Shown here in pieces: positions 1-11,403 of a stretch of 64,000 bases of DNA (the stretch's first letter is position 1; every line of letters begins with the position of its first letter). The stretch is from Candidatus Magasanikiibacteriota bacterium (lineage in GTDB: Bacteria > Patescibacteriota > Patescibacteriia > Magasanikbacterales > GWA2-37-8). A model generated the notes under the pieces. The model was not told the DNA's origin and did no database searches. It was given only the letters and a program-made list of their open reading frames with translations. The stretch covers positions 2,589 through 66,588 of the forward strand of contig JBAYIZ010000003.1 in assembly GCA_041665405.1 (NCBI GenBank), given 5' to 3'. The translations under genes were made by a program, and so were the position numbers.

Positions 1-321
1 GACAACTTGAATAAAAGTGAAAAAGATTATCAGACCAAAGTAGATCAAGCCAAAGTGGAAGCCAACAAAATCATGGACAAAGCTGTGACATCTGCACAGG
101 TTGCTGCTGTAGAAACCAAAGAAAATGCCAAAAAAGAAATTGAGACTTTGGTAGTACAGGCTAGAAAGAGTATCAAAAACGAAAAAGAAACCATGAAAAC
201 CGAACTAAAAGAAGAAACTGCCAATTTTATTGTGTTAGCATTACAAAAAATATTGGTAGAAAAAATGGATTCTGCAAGTGACAAAAAAATGATTGAAGAA
301 GTTTTGGAAAAATTAAAATAG
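1..321 (+). CDS. atpF: F0F1 ATP synthase subunit b, C-terminal part (5' end outside window)
   Basis: Charged, Lys/Glu-rich helical C-terminus typical of subunit b. It sits immediately upstream of delta and alpha in a canonical atp operon. The ORF is open to the window start. Confidence 0.6.
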   Translation, partial: DNLNKSEKDYQTKVDQAKVEANKIMDKAVTSAQVAAVETKENAKKEIETLVVQARKSIKNEKETMKTELKEETANFIVLALQKILVEKMDSASDKKMIEEVLEKLK

Positions 322-324
322 TTT

Positions 325-711
325 ATGGCCAAGAATACGCCCAAACAATACGCGGTGGCGCTTTACGAAATCACAGAGAAATTATCAGGCGCCAAATTAA
401 GCGAAGCTCTCAAAGAGTTCGTGACTTTGGTAATTCGTGAACACAAAACCAAACAATTTGATAAAATAATCAAAGAATTTGAAAGTTACGCCAAAAAGAA
501 AGAAGGAATAGTAGAGATAGACATTGTGTCCGCTCGCGAATTAGATCAAAAACTTTTAAATAAAATCATGCACGTCTTTGGCAAAAATGTAGAAGCGGAA
601 GTAACGGTGGATGAAAGTATTTTAGGCGGTATCAAGATTAAAACAGAAGATAAAATATTAGACGGCAGTCTCAAAACCCAATTATTAAAACTAAAAGAAT
701 CAATAATCTAA
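325..711 (+). CDS. atpH: F0F1 ATP synthase subunit delta (OSCP), short form
   Basis: 128-aa ORF between subunit b and alpha. The position in the operon and the C-terminal ...[14 protein letters not shown]... pattern resemble delta/OSCP. Confidence 0.6.
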   Translation: MAKNTPKQYAVALYEITEKLSGAKLSEALKEFVTLVIREHKTKQFDKIIKEFESYAKKKEGIVEIDIVSARELDQKLLNKIMHVFGKNVEAEVTVDESILGGIKIKTEDKILDGSLKTQLLKLKESII

Positions 712-716
712 AAAAT

Positions 717-2207
717 ATGTCCATAAATTCCATTGTCGAAGAACTGAAAAAAAATATTTCTGCTTTTGAAAAACAAGTAGAGGTAGAAGAAGTAGGTACT
801 GTACTTGAAGTAGGCGACGGCATCGCTCGTCTTTCTGGTTTGAGTAAATGTCAGGCCAACGAAATGTTGGAGTTCCCAGGTGGGACTTTTGGCGTGGCTT
901 TGAACTTGGAAGAAGAAACCGTCGGTGCGGTATTACTAGGTGAATTTAAACATATCAAAGAAGGGGACACTGTGAAGCGCACTGGCCGTATTTTGTCTGT
1001 ACCAGTGGGCGATCAGATGATCGGCCGTGTAGTGAATCCACTAGGTCAATTTATCGACGGTGGTGCCGAAACAAAAGCCAAACAATTTTATCCTATTGAA
1101 AAAATCGCTCCAGGTGTAATGAGTCGCCAACCAGTATCACAACCAGTACAAACTGGTATCAAAGCAATTGATGCCATGATTCCAATCGGTCGTGGTCAAC
1201 GCGAGTTAATCATCGGTGATCGACAAACTGGTAAAACTGCTATCGCAATCGATGCCATCATCAACCAAAAAGGACAAGACATGATCTGCGTATATGTAGC
1301 TATCGGTCAAAAAGAATCAAAGGTAGCTCGTATCGTGGCCAAACTCAAAGAATCCGGCGCAATGGATTATACTATCGTCGTAGTCGCTGGCGCTTCTGCT
1401 CCGGCCGCTCTTTCATACATTGCTCCATATTCTGGTGTTGCTATGGCTGAATACTTTATGGATCAAGGCAAAGATGTGTTGTGTGTATACGACGATCTTT
1501 CCAAACAAGCTTGGGCTTATCGTGAAATTTCACTCTTACTTCGCCGTCCACCAGGTCGTGAAGCTTATCCTGGTGATGTTTTCTATCTACATTCTCGTTT
1601 GCTTGAACGCGCTTGCCGCCGCAACAAAGAAGCCGGTGGTGGATCTATTACTGCTTTGCCAATTATTGAAACTCAGGCATCTGATGTGACTGCCTATATC
1701 CCAACCAATGTAATTTCTATTACCGATGGTCAGATTTTCTTGGAAACAGATTTATTCTTCCGAGGTATTCGCCCAGCTTTGAATGTAGGTATCTCTGTAT
1801 CTCGTGTAGGTGGTGCCGCTCAAACCAAACCAATGAAGAAAGTGGCCGGTAAATTAAAATTGGCTATGGCACAGTTTCGTGAACTTGAGGCCTTCTCCCA
1901 ATTTTCTTCCGATCTTGATCCAGAAACAAGAAAACAAATTGATTTGGGTCAACGCTTGGTAGAAGTTTTGAAACAACCTCAATTCAAACCAATGGCTGTG
2001 GCCAATCAGGTAGCTATTATATATGCTGTACAAAATGGTTTTGCCAATCATGTGGCCCCAAAAGAAATGGTCACTTGGGAAGGTAAGTTCCATGATTTCA
2101 TGAACAAATCCAAATCAGCTGTATTGGAAAAAATAACTGCTGGCACTTGGGATGAAACAGTTGAAACAGAATTAAAAGAAGCTATTACCGAATTCAACAA
2201 AATATAA
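717..2207 (+). CDS. atpA: F0F1 ATP synthase subunit alpha
   Basis: Walker A GDRQTGKT; the conserved alpha-subunit signature ...[13 protein letters not shown]...[16 protein letters not shown]... is present. Length is 496 aa. Confidence 0.95.
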   Translation: MSINSIVEELKKNISAFEKQVEVEEVGTVLEVGDGIARLSGLSKCQANEMLEFPGGTFGVALNLEEETVGAVLLGEFKHIKEGDTVKRTGRILSVPVGDQMIGRVVNPLGQFIDGGAETKAKQFYPIEKIAPGVMSRQPVSQPVQTGIKAIDAMIPIGRGQRELIIGDRQTGKTAIAIDAIINQKGQDMICVYVAIGQKESKVARIVAKLKESGAMDYTIVVVAGASAPAALSYIAPYSGVAMAEYFMDQGKDVLCVYDDLSKQAWAYREISLLLRRPPGREAYPGDVFYLHSRLLERACRRNKEAGGGSITALPIIETQASDVTAYIPTNVISITDGQIFLETDLFFRGIRPALNVGISVSRVGGAAQTKPMKKVAGKLKLAMAQFRELEAFSQFSSDLDPETRKQIDLGQRLVEVLKQPQFKPMAVANQVAIIYAVQNGFANHVAPKEMVTWEGKFHDFMNKSKSAVLEKITAGTWDETVETELKEAITEFNKI

Positions 2208-2209
2208 GT

Positions 2210-3172
2210 ATGGGAGTAAATACCAAAGCAATTAAACGCCGAATCAAATCGGTCAGCAGTACCAAAAAAATCACGAAAGCGATGGAAATGGTAGCGGCTG
2301 CAAAAATGCGCAAGGCAGTAGACACTGCTTTGAAAACTCGCACCTACGCCAAATTGGCTTGGGATATTTTGGTTGATTTGAGCAAAACCCAAAAATCTGA
2401 AATTGCGTTATTGAAAACCAGACGCGTGAAAAAAGTGCTTTTGATTTTAATCACTTCCAATCGCGGATTGTGTGGTAGTTTCAATTCCAATATTATAAAA
2501 AAGACAGCCATTCAGATGAATAATCCAAAAAACCTAAGTCGCCAACGCATTGAAGGTAAAGACCTAGAAACCGAAGGACCCGTACTAGTAGATGTATTGG
2601 GACTAGGAAAAAAAGGCGCAGAATTTTCCAAAAAAATGGGCTACAATCTCATCGCCTCCTTTACCGATATCTCCGACACTCCAGGTTTGAAAGATATTTT
2701 ACCGATATGTAAAATGGCGATTGATGAATATGCCAACAAAAATTACGATAAAGTAGTCGTAGCTTATACCGATTTCAAATCCGCTATCAATCAAGTGCCA
2801 AAAATCAGACAGGTATTACCAATCTCCGAAATTGATTTGGAAAAAATGATGGGGGATATCGGAGAAGAGGATTTACAAAAAGAAAAGACCAAGATTGTAG
2901 CCGATACCAAAGTGGGAGATTATTTATTTGAACCAGGCAGAGACGAAGTGCTTGAAATCATTTTACCTCGTCTAGTAGAATCACAAGTTTTGCAAGCCGC
3001 ACTAGAATCCGCTGCTTCCGAACACAGCTCCCGAATGGTCGCGATGCGTAGTGCCTCTGATGCTGCTGTCGAAATGATTGATGAACTAAATTTAAATTTC
3101 AACAAAGCTCGTCAAGCTGGCATCACGCAAGAAATTGCGGAAATCGCCGGTGGCGCCGCCGCGTTGGAATAA
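2210..3172 (+). CDS. atpG: F0F1 ATP synthase subunit gamma
   Basis: N-terminal IKRRIKSVSSTKKITKAMEMVAAAKMRKA and C-terminal ...ARQAGITQEIAEI... are gamma-subunit hallmarks. It lies between alpha and beta. Confidence 0.9.
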   Translation: MGVNTKAIKRRIKSVSSTKKITKAMEMVAAAKMRKAVDTALKTRTYAKLAWDILVDLSKTQKSEIALLKTRRVKKVLLILITSNRGLCGSFNSNIIKKTAIQMNNPKNLSRQRIEGKDLETEGPVLVDVLGLGKKGAEFSKKMGYNLIASFTDISDTPGLKDILPICKMAIDEYANKNYDKVVVAYTDFKSAINQVPKIRQVLPISEIDLEKMMGDIGEEDLQKEKTKIVADTKVGDYLFEPGRDEVLEIILPRLVESQVLQAALESAASEHSSRMVAMRSASDAAVEMIDELNLNFNKARQAGITQEIAEIAGGAAALE

Positions 3173-3188
3173 ATATAAATTTTTATTA

Positions 3189-3587
3189 ATGAACAACAAT
3201 ATGACAAAAAAATTAGTTTGGTTCGTCGTCAATTCGCTTATCTCATATATATTATTAAACGCGATCATGGGCCTTATAATATTCAACCCTTTATCGTTAA
3301 TCTTAAAAAATATTTGGCAAATACAATTATTAATGTCTTTAATTGTGTTTGTGTCCCTTTTTGTGTCGCTTTTCTTTATAGTAAAAAGTTCAAAAGAATC
3401 ACCAGAGTTAAAAACAAAGGGCGTTCTATATACTTGTATTGCAGCTAGTATTTTACGTATTTCAGGATTAGCTGGAGCAAAGAATACCGCAGAAATTGCA
3501 GGAATGATAATTAGTATAGCTCTGTTTTATTTAGTGTACATATTAATTACAAAAAAAATTAAAACAACCGTCCAAGTTCAAAAATAA
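3189..3587 (+). CDS. small multi-pass membrane protein (hypothetical) inserted in the atp operon
   Basis: ATG at 3189 opens a ~133-aa ORF with 3-4 hydrophobic helices. It sits between atpG and atpD on the same strand. No recognisable family. Confidence 0.4.
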   Translation: MNNNMTKKLVWFVVNSLISYILLNAIMGLIIFNPLSLILKNIWQIQLLMSLIVFVSLFVSLFFIVKSSKESPELKTKGVLYTCIAASILRISGLAGAKNTAEIAGMIISIALFYLVYILITKKIKTTVQVQK

Positions 3588-3609
3588 TATTCAATCATGG
3601 TTCTAATGT

Positions 3610-5218
<1,609 letters not shown>

Positions 5219-5221
5219 ATT

Positions 5222-5653
5222 ATGCCTATTAAATTTAAAATCGTTACACCAGAAAAGGTCATTTACGAAAATGATCATATCGAACAGGTGACCGCTCCAA
5301 CCACGACCGGTGAGATTACGATTTTACCAAATCACACACCGCTGATCACTATCCTCAATCCGGGAGAACTGGTGTTCAAAGAAAAAGAAGAACTCCACCA
5401 CTTTGCCGTGGCCGGAGGATTTCTAGAAGTAAGAGAAAATAATGAGATTGTGATCCTAGCAGACAACGCCGAAAATGTAGATCAGATTGATATTGATCGC
5501 GCTCAACTAGCCAAAGAAAGAGCCATCGCGCAGATGTCTGAGATAAAGAATAGGGAAGATGTGGATTATGCTAGAATACAGGCGGTGATTGATAGAGAGA
5601 CCAATCGTATTCGGTTGGGGAATAAGTATAGAAGGTTGCCGAAAAGTGAATAA
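5222..5653 (+). CDS. atpC: F0F1 ATP synthase subunit epsilon
   Basis: 143 aa immediately after beta. The N-terminal beta-sandwich-like sequence (KIVTPEKVIYEN...ITILPNHTPLIT) is typical of epsilon. Confidence 0.85.
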   Translation: MPIKFKIVTPEKVIYENDHIEQVTAPTTTGEITILPNHTPLITILNPGELVFKEKEELHHFAVAGGFLEVRENNEIVILADNAENVDQIDIDRAQLAKERAIAQMSEIKNREDVDYARIQAVIDRETNRIRLGNKYRRLPKSE

Positions 5654-5661
5654 TGTATTTA

Positions 5662-5697
5662 AAAGCAATGGTTTTGGGCCATTGTTTTTTAAAGATA
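5662..5697 (+). terminator. rho-independent terminator after atpC
   Basis: CAATGGttttgggCCATTG followed by TTTTTT. Confidence 0.6.
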
Positions 5698-5731
5698 GAT
5701 TTACTCTTATTCTTTTGAATCACCAACAACT

Positions 5732-6316
5732 ATGTACAAAATTAACTTATCAAAAATTAAAGAAATAAAAATACTAAAAAACTTTAAAATTGGTTGGCAT
5801 AGCTTAAATTTTTTTGAAAGATCCCAAATAATTTTAATGATAATACTAAGTCTCTGCGCTAGTTTTATATCATTAAAACAAACAGACATAAACAATCGAC
5901 TGCTTCTATTAGAAGAAAAAAAGACAGAACCTATACTAAGTGTTGAAATAGGTGAATATAGCAAACCAACAACAAGCACGATACTTATAAATCCAATTTT
6001 ATACAACGCTGGATCTGTCCCTGTTAGTATAATAGGGACAGGATTTCATGTGTATGAAGAAAATACAATGAAAAATATATTTAGTCTCACTTATGGTCGA
6101 GGATTGGCGGGAGAAAAAATTGGACCAGGTAGTAGCAAATCTTTACCATATGAAATCACTGCTTCTAAAGAAATTTTTTCATTGTATAGATTCGACATTA
6201 TTTATAAAAATGAATCTAATAACAAAGAAAAGTGCGAAACTATTATTTTATCAAAAGGAGATAAAAACTTTTTTCAAATAAATAAAACAGTTGGTTGCCC
6301 TAAAAATATTAGATAG
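5732..6316 (+). CDS. hypothetical protein with N-terminal transmembrane/signal anchor
   Basis: 194-aa ORF in a very AT-rich segment. One N-terminal hydrophobic helix; no recognisable domain. Confidence 0.4.
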   Translation: MYKINLSKIKEIKILKNFKIGWHSLNFFERSQIILMIILSLCASFISLKQTDINNRLLLLEEKKTEPILSVEIGEYSKPTTSTILINPILYNAGSVPVSIIGTGFHVYEENTMKNIFSLTYGRGLAGEKIGPGSSKSLPYEITASKEIFSLYRFDIIYKNESNNKEKCETIILSKGDKNFFQINKTVGCPKNIR

Positions 6317-6394
6317 ATTAGTCTTGATGCATTTTATATAAAATATTGTTATTTTTTTTATAAAATGATATAATAAATAAGTAAAATATAAAAT

Positions 6395-6610
6395 ATGAGA
6401 TATAGGTTTGAAGAATTATTTCAAAAAAACCCAGATGGATCACTAACTCCCAAGAAAACAATACACATAAATGGGGTTACGTTTGGGTATGGTATTACAT
6501 TTCAAAGAGGAGTTGCTTTTGGAGGGATCGATTTTTTTAATTTTGAAAATAAAGATATTGAAGCAAACGAGATAGATGGGGTACTTAGTATCAAAGGATT
6601 TTACAATTAA
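6395..6610 (+). CDS. hypothetical small protein
   Basis: 71-aa ORF preceded by AT-rich promoter-like sequence. No family recognised. Confidence 0.25.
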   Translation: MRYRFEELFQKNPDGSLTPKKTIHINGVTFGYGITFQRGVAFGGIDFFNFENKDIEANEIDGVLSIKGFYN

Positions 6611-6613
6611 TTT

Positions 6614-6982
6614 ATGATTGAAAACCAACCAGATATAACACTAGAACAGGCCATAAGAAAAACAAAAGATGCTGGGATAACCTTAAACTTCGACAAAGGT
6701 CAAACAGTTGCTGGTGATCTTTTTCAACTTCAACAAGATATTAGAAAAACCAACTCCACCATTGAACATATTAAATGGGTTTTTGGTGCCATTTTAATAG
6801 GTTCTGTTTTTGCAACTATAGTTTTACTTGCAGATTATGCAAATTTTGCAAGTACTGCATATATACAATTTAATCAAACAATAGAAGAACAAAATAAAGA
6901 TCACGAAACAGTTGAATCTATTAAAACTGATATTGAATTTATCAAAAATAATTTAAATAGTTTAAATTCAGGAAAAAAATAA
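6614..6982 (+). CDS. hypothetical membrane-anchored protein
   Basis: 122-aa ORF with one central TM helix (WVFGAILIGSVFATIVLLA). It starts 4 nt after the previous ORF. Confidence 0.35.
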   Translation: MIENQPDITLEQAIRKTKDAGITLNFDKGQTVAGDLFQLQQDIRKTNSTIEHIKWVFGAILIGSVFATIVLLADYANFASTAYIQFNQTIEEQNKDHETVESIKTDIEFIKNNLNSLNSGKK

Positions 6983-7004
6983 CAAAAAAAGATCAATAAA
7001 AATT

Positions 7005-7667
7005 ATGAAACTCAAGGAGGTGCCGGCCGTGGATAGGCCTAGAGAAAAACTATCCAAATATGGTCCAGAAAAATTATCAAATAAGGAGTTGCTAGCGATT
7101 CTACTCGGTTCAGGAGTAAAAGGAACAAATGTAGTACAGCTGTCAAACAAAATACTCAAGAAGTTTAAAACAGAAAAACTTTCACAAGCTTCATTTGAAG
7201 ATTTAAAAAATACTTTTGGTTTGGGTCCAGCCAAAGCATGTTTGTTGGTTGCTTGTTTTGAACTCGGTCGTCGTTTTTTAAAAGACAAAAAACACAACTT
7301 AATATTATCTCCAAAGGATGTTTGGGAAAATCTCAAAGATATTCGCGATCACAAAAAAGAACATTTTGTGGTTTTTTATTTGGACACCAGAAACCAAGAG
7401 ATAAAAAGAGAAATAATATCCGTCGGCACACTCAATGCTAACCTCATACATCCACGCGAAGTATTTGAACCAGCCATCATGCACAGTGCAGCACAGCTAA
7501 TAGTAGCCCACAATCATCCATCGGGAAATCCAGAGCCATCGGAAGAAGATTTAGCCATAACAAAACGACTGGCAGAGGCGGGGAAAATACTTGGGATAGA
7601 TTTATTAGATCATATCATAATAGCCAAAGAAAGCTTTATCAGTTTGAACGACAGAGGCATTTTGTGA
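7005..7667 (+). CDS. radC: RadC-family JAB/MPN-domain protein (UPF0758)
   Basis: JAMM metalloprotease motif HNHPSGNPEPSEED plus the N-terminal helix-hairpin-helix-like region typical of RadC. A perfect palindrome ATCGCTTAtttAAGCGAT follows at ~7688. Confidence 0.85.
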   Translation: MKLKEVPAVDRPREKLSKYGPEKLSNKELLAILLGSGVKGTNVVQLSNKILKKFKTEKLSQASFEDLKNTFGLGPAKACLLVACFELGRRFLKDKKHNLILSPKDVWENLKDIRDHKKEHFVVFYLDTRNQEIKREIISVGTLNANLIHPREVFEPAIMHSAAQLIVAHNHPSGNPEPSEEDLAITKRLAEAGKILGIDLLDHIIIAKESFISLNDRGIL

Positions 7668-7753
7668 TAATATAATCGCTTATTTAAGCGATTATTTTGT
7701 TTTGACGAAAGCAAATAAAGAGAGTAAAATATAGGAACTAAATTTCTTAAACT

Positions 7754-9205
7754 ATGTTTGAACAATCATTCAAAAACATTGATAATATCCTCCATACAGA
7801 TTCTGGTTGTGGAACAGAACTGGATTATGTAGAACAAACCTCTTGGGTTCTTTTTTTGAAATACCTAGATGATTTGGAAGAGACCAAAAGAACTGAATCG
7901 GCACTGGCTGGGAAGAAATACGCCTATATTTTGTCTCCCGAATATCGTTGGGACGCATGGGCGTGTCCAAAAAATAGCGAAGGCAAATTAGACCATAACA
8001 AAGCACTGGATGGTGACGATCTCTGTGGTTTTGTAAACAACAAACTTTTTCCATATCTTAAAAAATTTAAAGCCGAAGAACCAAATACCATTGAATACAA
8101 AATCGGTGAAATTTTTTCTGAATTGAAAAATAAAATCTCTAGCGGATATAAATTGCGAGAAATATTGAACATCGTGGATTTAATGCACTTTCGTTTGTAT
8201 GAAGAAAAACACGAACTTTCACATCTCTACGAAGCCAAAATAAAGAACATGGGCAACGCCGGACGCAATGGTGGCGAATACTACACGCCACGCCCACTCA
8301 TCAAAACAATTGTGAAAGTAGTCGATCCAAAGATTGGAGACACTGTTTATGACGGTGCCTGTGGTAGCGCTGGATTTTTGGTTGAAGCGTATAAATATCT
8401 AACAGAAAATCAATCCAAACTATCATCAAGCCAGATGGCAACCTTGCAAAACAAAACTTTTTACGGCAAAGAAATAAAATCTCTCGCCTATATCATCGGT
8501 ATCATGAATATGATCCTGCATGGTATTGAAGCACCAAATATAAAACACACCAATACACTTGCAGAAAACATCAATGATATCCAAGAAAAAGATCGTTACT
8601 CCGTAATTCTGGCAAATCCGCCTTTTGGCGCTGGTATCGGCCGTGAAATTCAACAAAACTTTCCAATCAAAACTGGTGAGACCGCTTTTCTTTTTCTCCA
8701 GCATTTTATTAAAATTTTAAAAGCTAGAGGCCGAGCAGGTATTGTTATCAAAAATACTTTTCTTTCCAATACGGATAACGCATCGGTTTCATTGCGTAAA
8801 TTACTTTTAGAAAATTGCAATCTACACACAGTATTAGATTTGCCAGGTGGTGCTTTTCAGGGTGCGGGAGTAAAAACGGTAGTGTTATTTTTTGAGAAGG
8901 GTACATCTACAAAAAAAGTTTGGTTTTATCAGCTCAATCTTGAGCGCAATCTTGGAAAAGGCAACCCATTGAACGAAGCAGATTTGGCCGAGTTTGTGGA
9001 ACTACAAAAGACCACGGCGAACAGCGATAATTCATGGAGTGTGGATGTTAAAGATATTGATCAGACTACTTTTGATTTGTCAGTAAAAAACCCAAATAAA
9101 AATAATGAGGTGATTTTAAGAGAGCCAAAAGATATTTTAGTAGAGATGAAGGACTTGGATATAAAAATTCAGAGTAGTGTAATTAGTATAAAAAAACTTC
9201 TTTAA
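7754..9205 (+). CDS. hsdM: type I restriction-modification system DNA methyltransferase subunit M
   Basis: N6-adenine MTase motifs: ILANPPFGAG (motif IV NPPF) and the SAM-binding ...VYDGACGSAGFLVEA.... The N-terminal HsdM_N-like region is present. Gene is followed in the same operon by hsdS and hsdR. Confidence 0.92.
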   Translation: MFEQSFKNIDNILHTDSGCGTELDYVEQTSWVLFLKYLDDLEETKRTESALAGKKYAYILSPEYRWDAWACPKNSEGKLDHNKALDGDDLCGFVNNKLFPYLKKFKAEEPNTIEYKIGEIFSELKNKISSGYKLREILNIVDLMHFRLYEEKHELSHLYEAKIKNMGNAGRNGGEYYTPRPLIKTIVKVVDPKIGDTVYDGACGSAGFLVEAYKYLTENQSKLSSSQMATLQNKTFYGKEIKSLAYIIGIMNMILHGIEAPNIKHTNTLAENINDIQEKDRYSVILANPPFGAGIGREIQQNFPIKTGETAFLFLQHFIKILKARGRAGIVIKNTFLSNTDNASVSLRKLLLENCNLHTVLDLPGGAFQGAGVKTVVLFFEKGTSTKKVWFYQLNLERNLGKGNPLNEADLAEFVELQKTTANSDNSWSVDVKDIDQTTFDLSVKNPNKNNEVILREPKDILVEMKDLDIKIQSSVISIKKLL

Positions 9206-9208
9206 GAT

Positions 9209-10504
9209 ATGGATTTTTCAAAGTTCACTTTTAATAAAAAATACACTCGGTATGATAAGCAATTTGAGTTGTTTTTTGATTTTGATCTTAAGGAAATTAC
9301 CGGACACAATAGAAAAACTTTTGATTACGGACTGAGTTTGCGTTACTTTCTTGAAAATAATCCCGGAAAACAAATTTTTTTAACCTTAACACAAGTATCT
9401 GACTTTTGTGAAGAATCAAATAAGTTAATTATAAACTTAAAGTCATATCAGGATTTTTGTAAGAAAATTAGCCAAAATGGCAAAGATAAAACTCAAGCAT
9501 TTCTTGCTCAAAAGTTGAAACATTACTCGGAAAATGAAAAGAAAGAAATTATTGCTAGTTCAACTGGAGAAGAAATAATAGAAAGGACGAGAGACTTTAC
9601 AGAAGATCAAAAAAAAGAGCTCGTTAAAGCAAATGCTACTGAAACGAATATATTTGAGGCAATAAAGACTCTAAGTGTAGAATCTCAAAGTAAAATATTT
9701 GAATTTTTACGATCTCAAAAAGGTTTAGATGTCTCTGGGAAAATCATTGAAACAACTGAAGAAGTTCTAAATATTTTAAATGGCCTTGAAAATATTGAGC
9801 CTGAAATTCTAAAGACGATTTTAAACAAATTAGATGAAAAAGAAAAAATTAACACTATTCTTGAAACATTGTCCAGGATAGAACTGAAGCATCTATCTGC
9901 CGCTAATAAGCAAAAGATTTATCATGCAGAGCTTAACAATTTAAAGCAACTTTTAGAATTGGAGGAGAATGGAAGTATAGTCGAGACAATAAAAAATTAT
10001 GGAAATTTAAGTTCATATATAGCAGGACAGCCTGAAAAAATATTCCAAAATTGGATTGAAAGAAATTTGTGGGTTTTTGGGATTGAGTATATAAAAAAAC
10101 ACGATGGAAGAAAGGTGGCTTTATTTAGTGAAGGGGATATACTAATGGAGTCAATGGATGGATTTTTAGACTTAATAGAGATTAAAAGACCCAAATACGG
10201 AATTTTTCAATATGACACCAATCACAATAGCTATTATTCATCACCAGATTTATCAAAAGTCATTGGACAGTGCTTGCTTTACTTGCAAAAAATGGATGAT
10301 CAAAAACTTGTTTTAGAAAAAGAGCACAAAGTGAAAATACTACGACCTAGAATAAAAATTATTGCAGGAAGAACAAACGAATTTAAGGACGAGCAATTTG
10401 AAGCTCTACGAATGTTAAATTCTAACCTAAACCACATCCAAATTATATCCTACGATTATCTTTTGAGTTGTGGAAAAAAAATTATTTCTTTATATGAGAA
10501 TTAA
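9209..10504 (+). CDS. hypothetical protein with C-terminal PD-(D/E)xK (RecB-like, Shedu/DUF4263-like) nuclease domain
   Basis: Starts 3 nt after the hsdM stop. The C-terminal ~150 aa carry ...SEGDILMESMDGFLDLIEIKRP... (D...D-hIEIK = D/ExK) followed by GQCLLY (QxxxY), the RecB-family motif set. The N-terminal 270 aa are helical and Lys/Glu-rich. The DUF4263/Shedu assignment is from memory and not verified. Confidence 0.45.
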   Translation: MDFSKFTFNKKYTRYDKQFELFFDFDLKEITGHNRKTFDYGLSLRYFLENNPGKQIFLTLTQVSDFCEESNKLIINLKSYQDFCKKISQNGKDKTQAFLAQKLKHYSENEKKEIIASSTGEEIIERTRDFTEDQKKELVKANATETNIFEAIKTLSVESQSKIFEFLRSQKGLDVSGKIIETTEEVLNILNGLENIEPEILKTILNKLDEKEKINTILETLSRIELKHLSAANKQKIYHAELNNLKQLLELEENGSIVETIKNYGNLSSYIAGQPEKIFQNWIERNLWVFGIEYIKKHDGRKVALFSEGDILMESMDGFLDLIEIKRPKYGIFQYDTNHNSYYSSPDLSKVIGQCLLYLQKMDDQKLVLEKEHKVKILRPRIKIIAGRTNEFKDEQFEALRMLNSNLNHIQIISYDYLLSCGKKIISLYEN

Positions 10505-10536
10505 TTGGCAGATACAATTTTTTAAAAGGAAATTAT

Positions 10537-11403
10537 ATGAGTAGAATTTTTGATTTTAATAAACGTTTTGGAAAAACTGTTGACCCTGAAGAAGTAAAAC
10601 ATGATTTTGTAAATAAAATTACTCATTATCTTATCGAACCTCTGGATGAGAAGGCAGGTTTACGTTATGGAGAGTACAGTAATAGTACTGAAATATTTAA
10701 TTTTGTGGCGATGGAATTTAATCAAAACCCGACAAATATTATATATTTACACAACAGAAATCATTTCTATTCTGATGATATTTACCGTCCATCTTTTAAG
10801 ATTTTTTCTGATGGCGTTTTTGAAAAAACCCTTATATTAGTAGAAATTTTTTATGATTATCTTTCAACGCACAGCATCCCTGGCACGGGTGAAAAGCAGT
10901 GGTCAGAAAATATAAATAAAATTGTCGCGTATGCTCTTAACCAGCCAGTATCGCTTGGCATCTCGTGGCGTGATGGAAAATTTTATCCTGAAGGAGCCGA
11001 AGAATTTGATGAAAAACTTATTTCGGATGTATTAAAATGGCTTGAACAAAAACCAAAAATTCAGGCTTTATACAAAAATGCACTTGATCAGTATTCTCAA
11101 TCATTAAGTGATAATATTAAGCGTAAAGATGTTATGAGTAATGCTTTTCAAGCTGTAGAACAACTTACCCAAGAATATCTGAAAAGCCCCAAACCGTCAT
11201 TTGATAATAATTTTAATTCATTAGTTGATAAACTTGTTATTGATAAAGAATGGAAAAAAATATTTAATTCTTACAAAGAATTAAGTAAAGAATTTGGGCG
11301 ACATGCAGGTAGTGGAGACAGCTTTATTCCTACACAAGAAGATACTGAAGCATTTTTATATTTGTCTGGTTTGATAATGAGATTAATACTTGAAAAAGTA
11401 TGA
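10537..11403 (+). CDS. hypothetical protein (no recognisable domain), embedded in the hsd operon
   Basis: 288-aa ORF with a good RBS (AAAGGA) 7 nt upstream. Its stop overlaps the hsdS start (ATGA), which implies translational coupling. Confidence 0.5.
   Translation: MSRIFDFNKRFGKTVDPEEVKHDFVNKITHYLIEPLDEKAGLRYGEYSNSTEIFNFVAMEFNQNPTNIIYLHNRNHFYSDDIYRPSFKIFSDGVFEKTLILVEIFYDYLSTHSIPGTGEKQWSENINKIVAYALNQPVSLGISWRDGKFYPEGAEEFDEKLISDVLKWLEQKPKIQALYKNALDQYSQSLSDNIKRKDVMSNAFQAVEQLTQEYLKSPKPSFDNNFNSLVDKLVIDKEWKKIFNSYKELSKEFGRHAGSGDSFIPTQEDTEAFLYLSGLIMRLILEKV

Noticed and set aside
1420-1689. Small ORFs antisense or nested inside atpA, atpB-side genes, the M23 peptidase gene (45242..45528), gltX (46083..47514) and others in the six-frame track
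   Set aside because: They lie wholly inside longer ORFs with strong family signatures on the other strand or frame. They have no RBS and show the low-complexity composition typical of out-of-frame readings.
10537-11403. HEPN (Rx4-6H) motif in the 288-aa hsd-embedded protein (…GRHAGSG…)
   Set aside because: R and H are adjacent rather than separated by 4-6 residues, so no HEPN call is justified.
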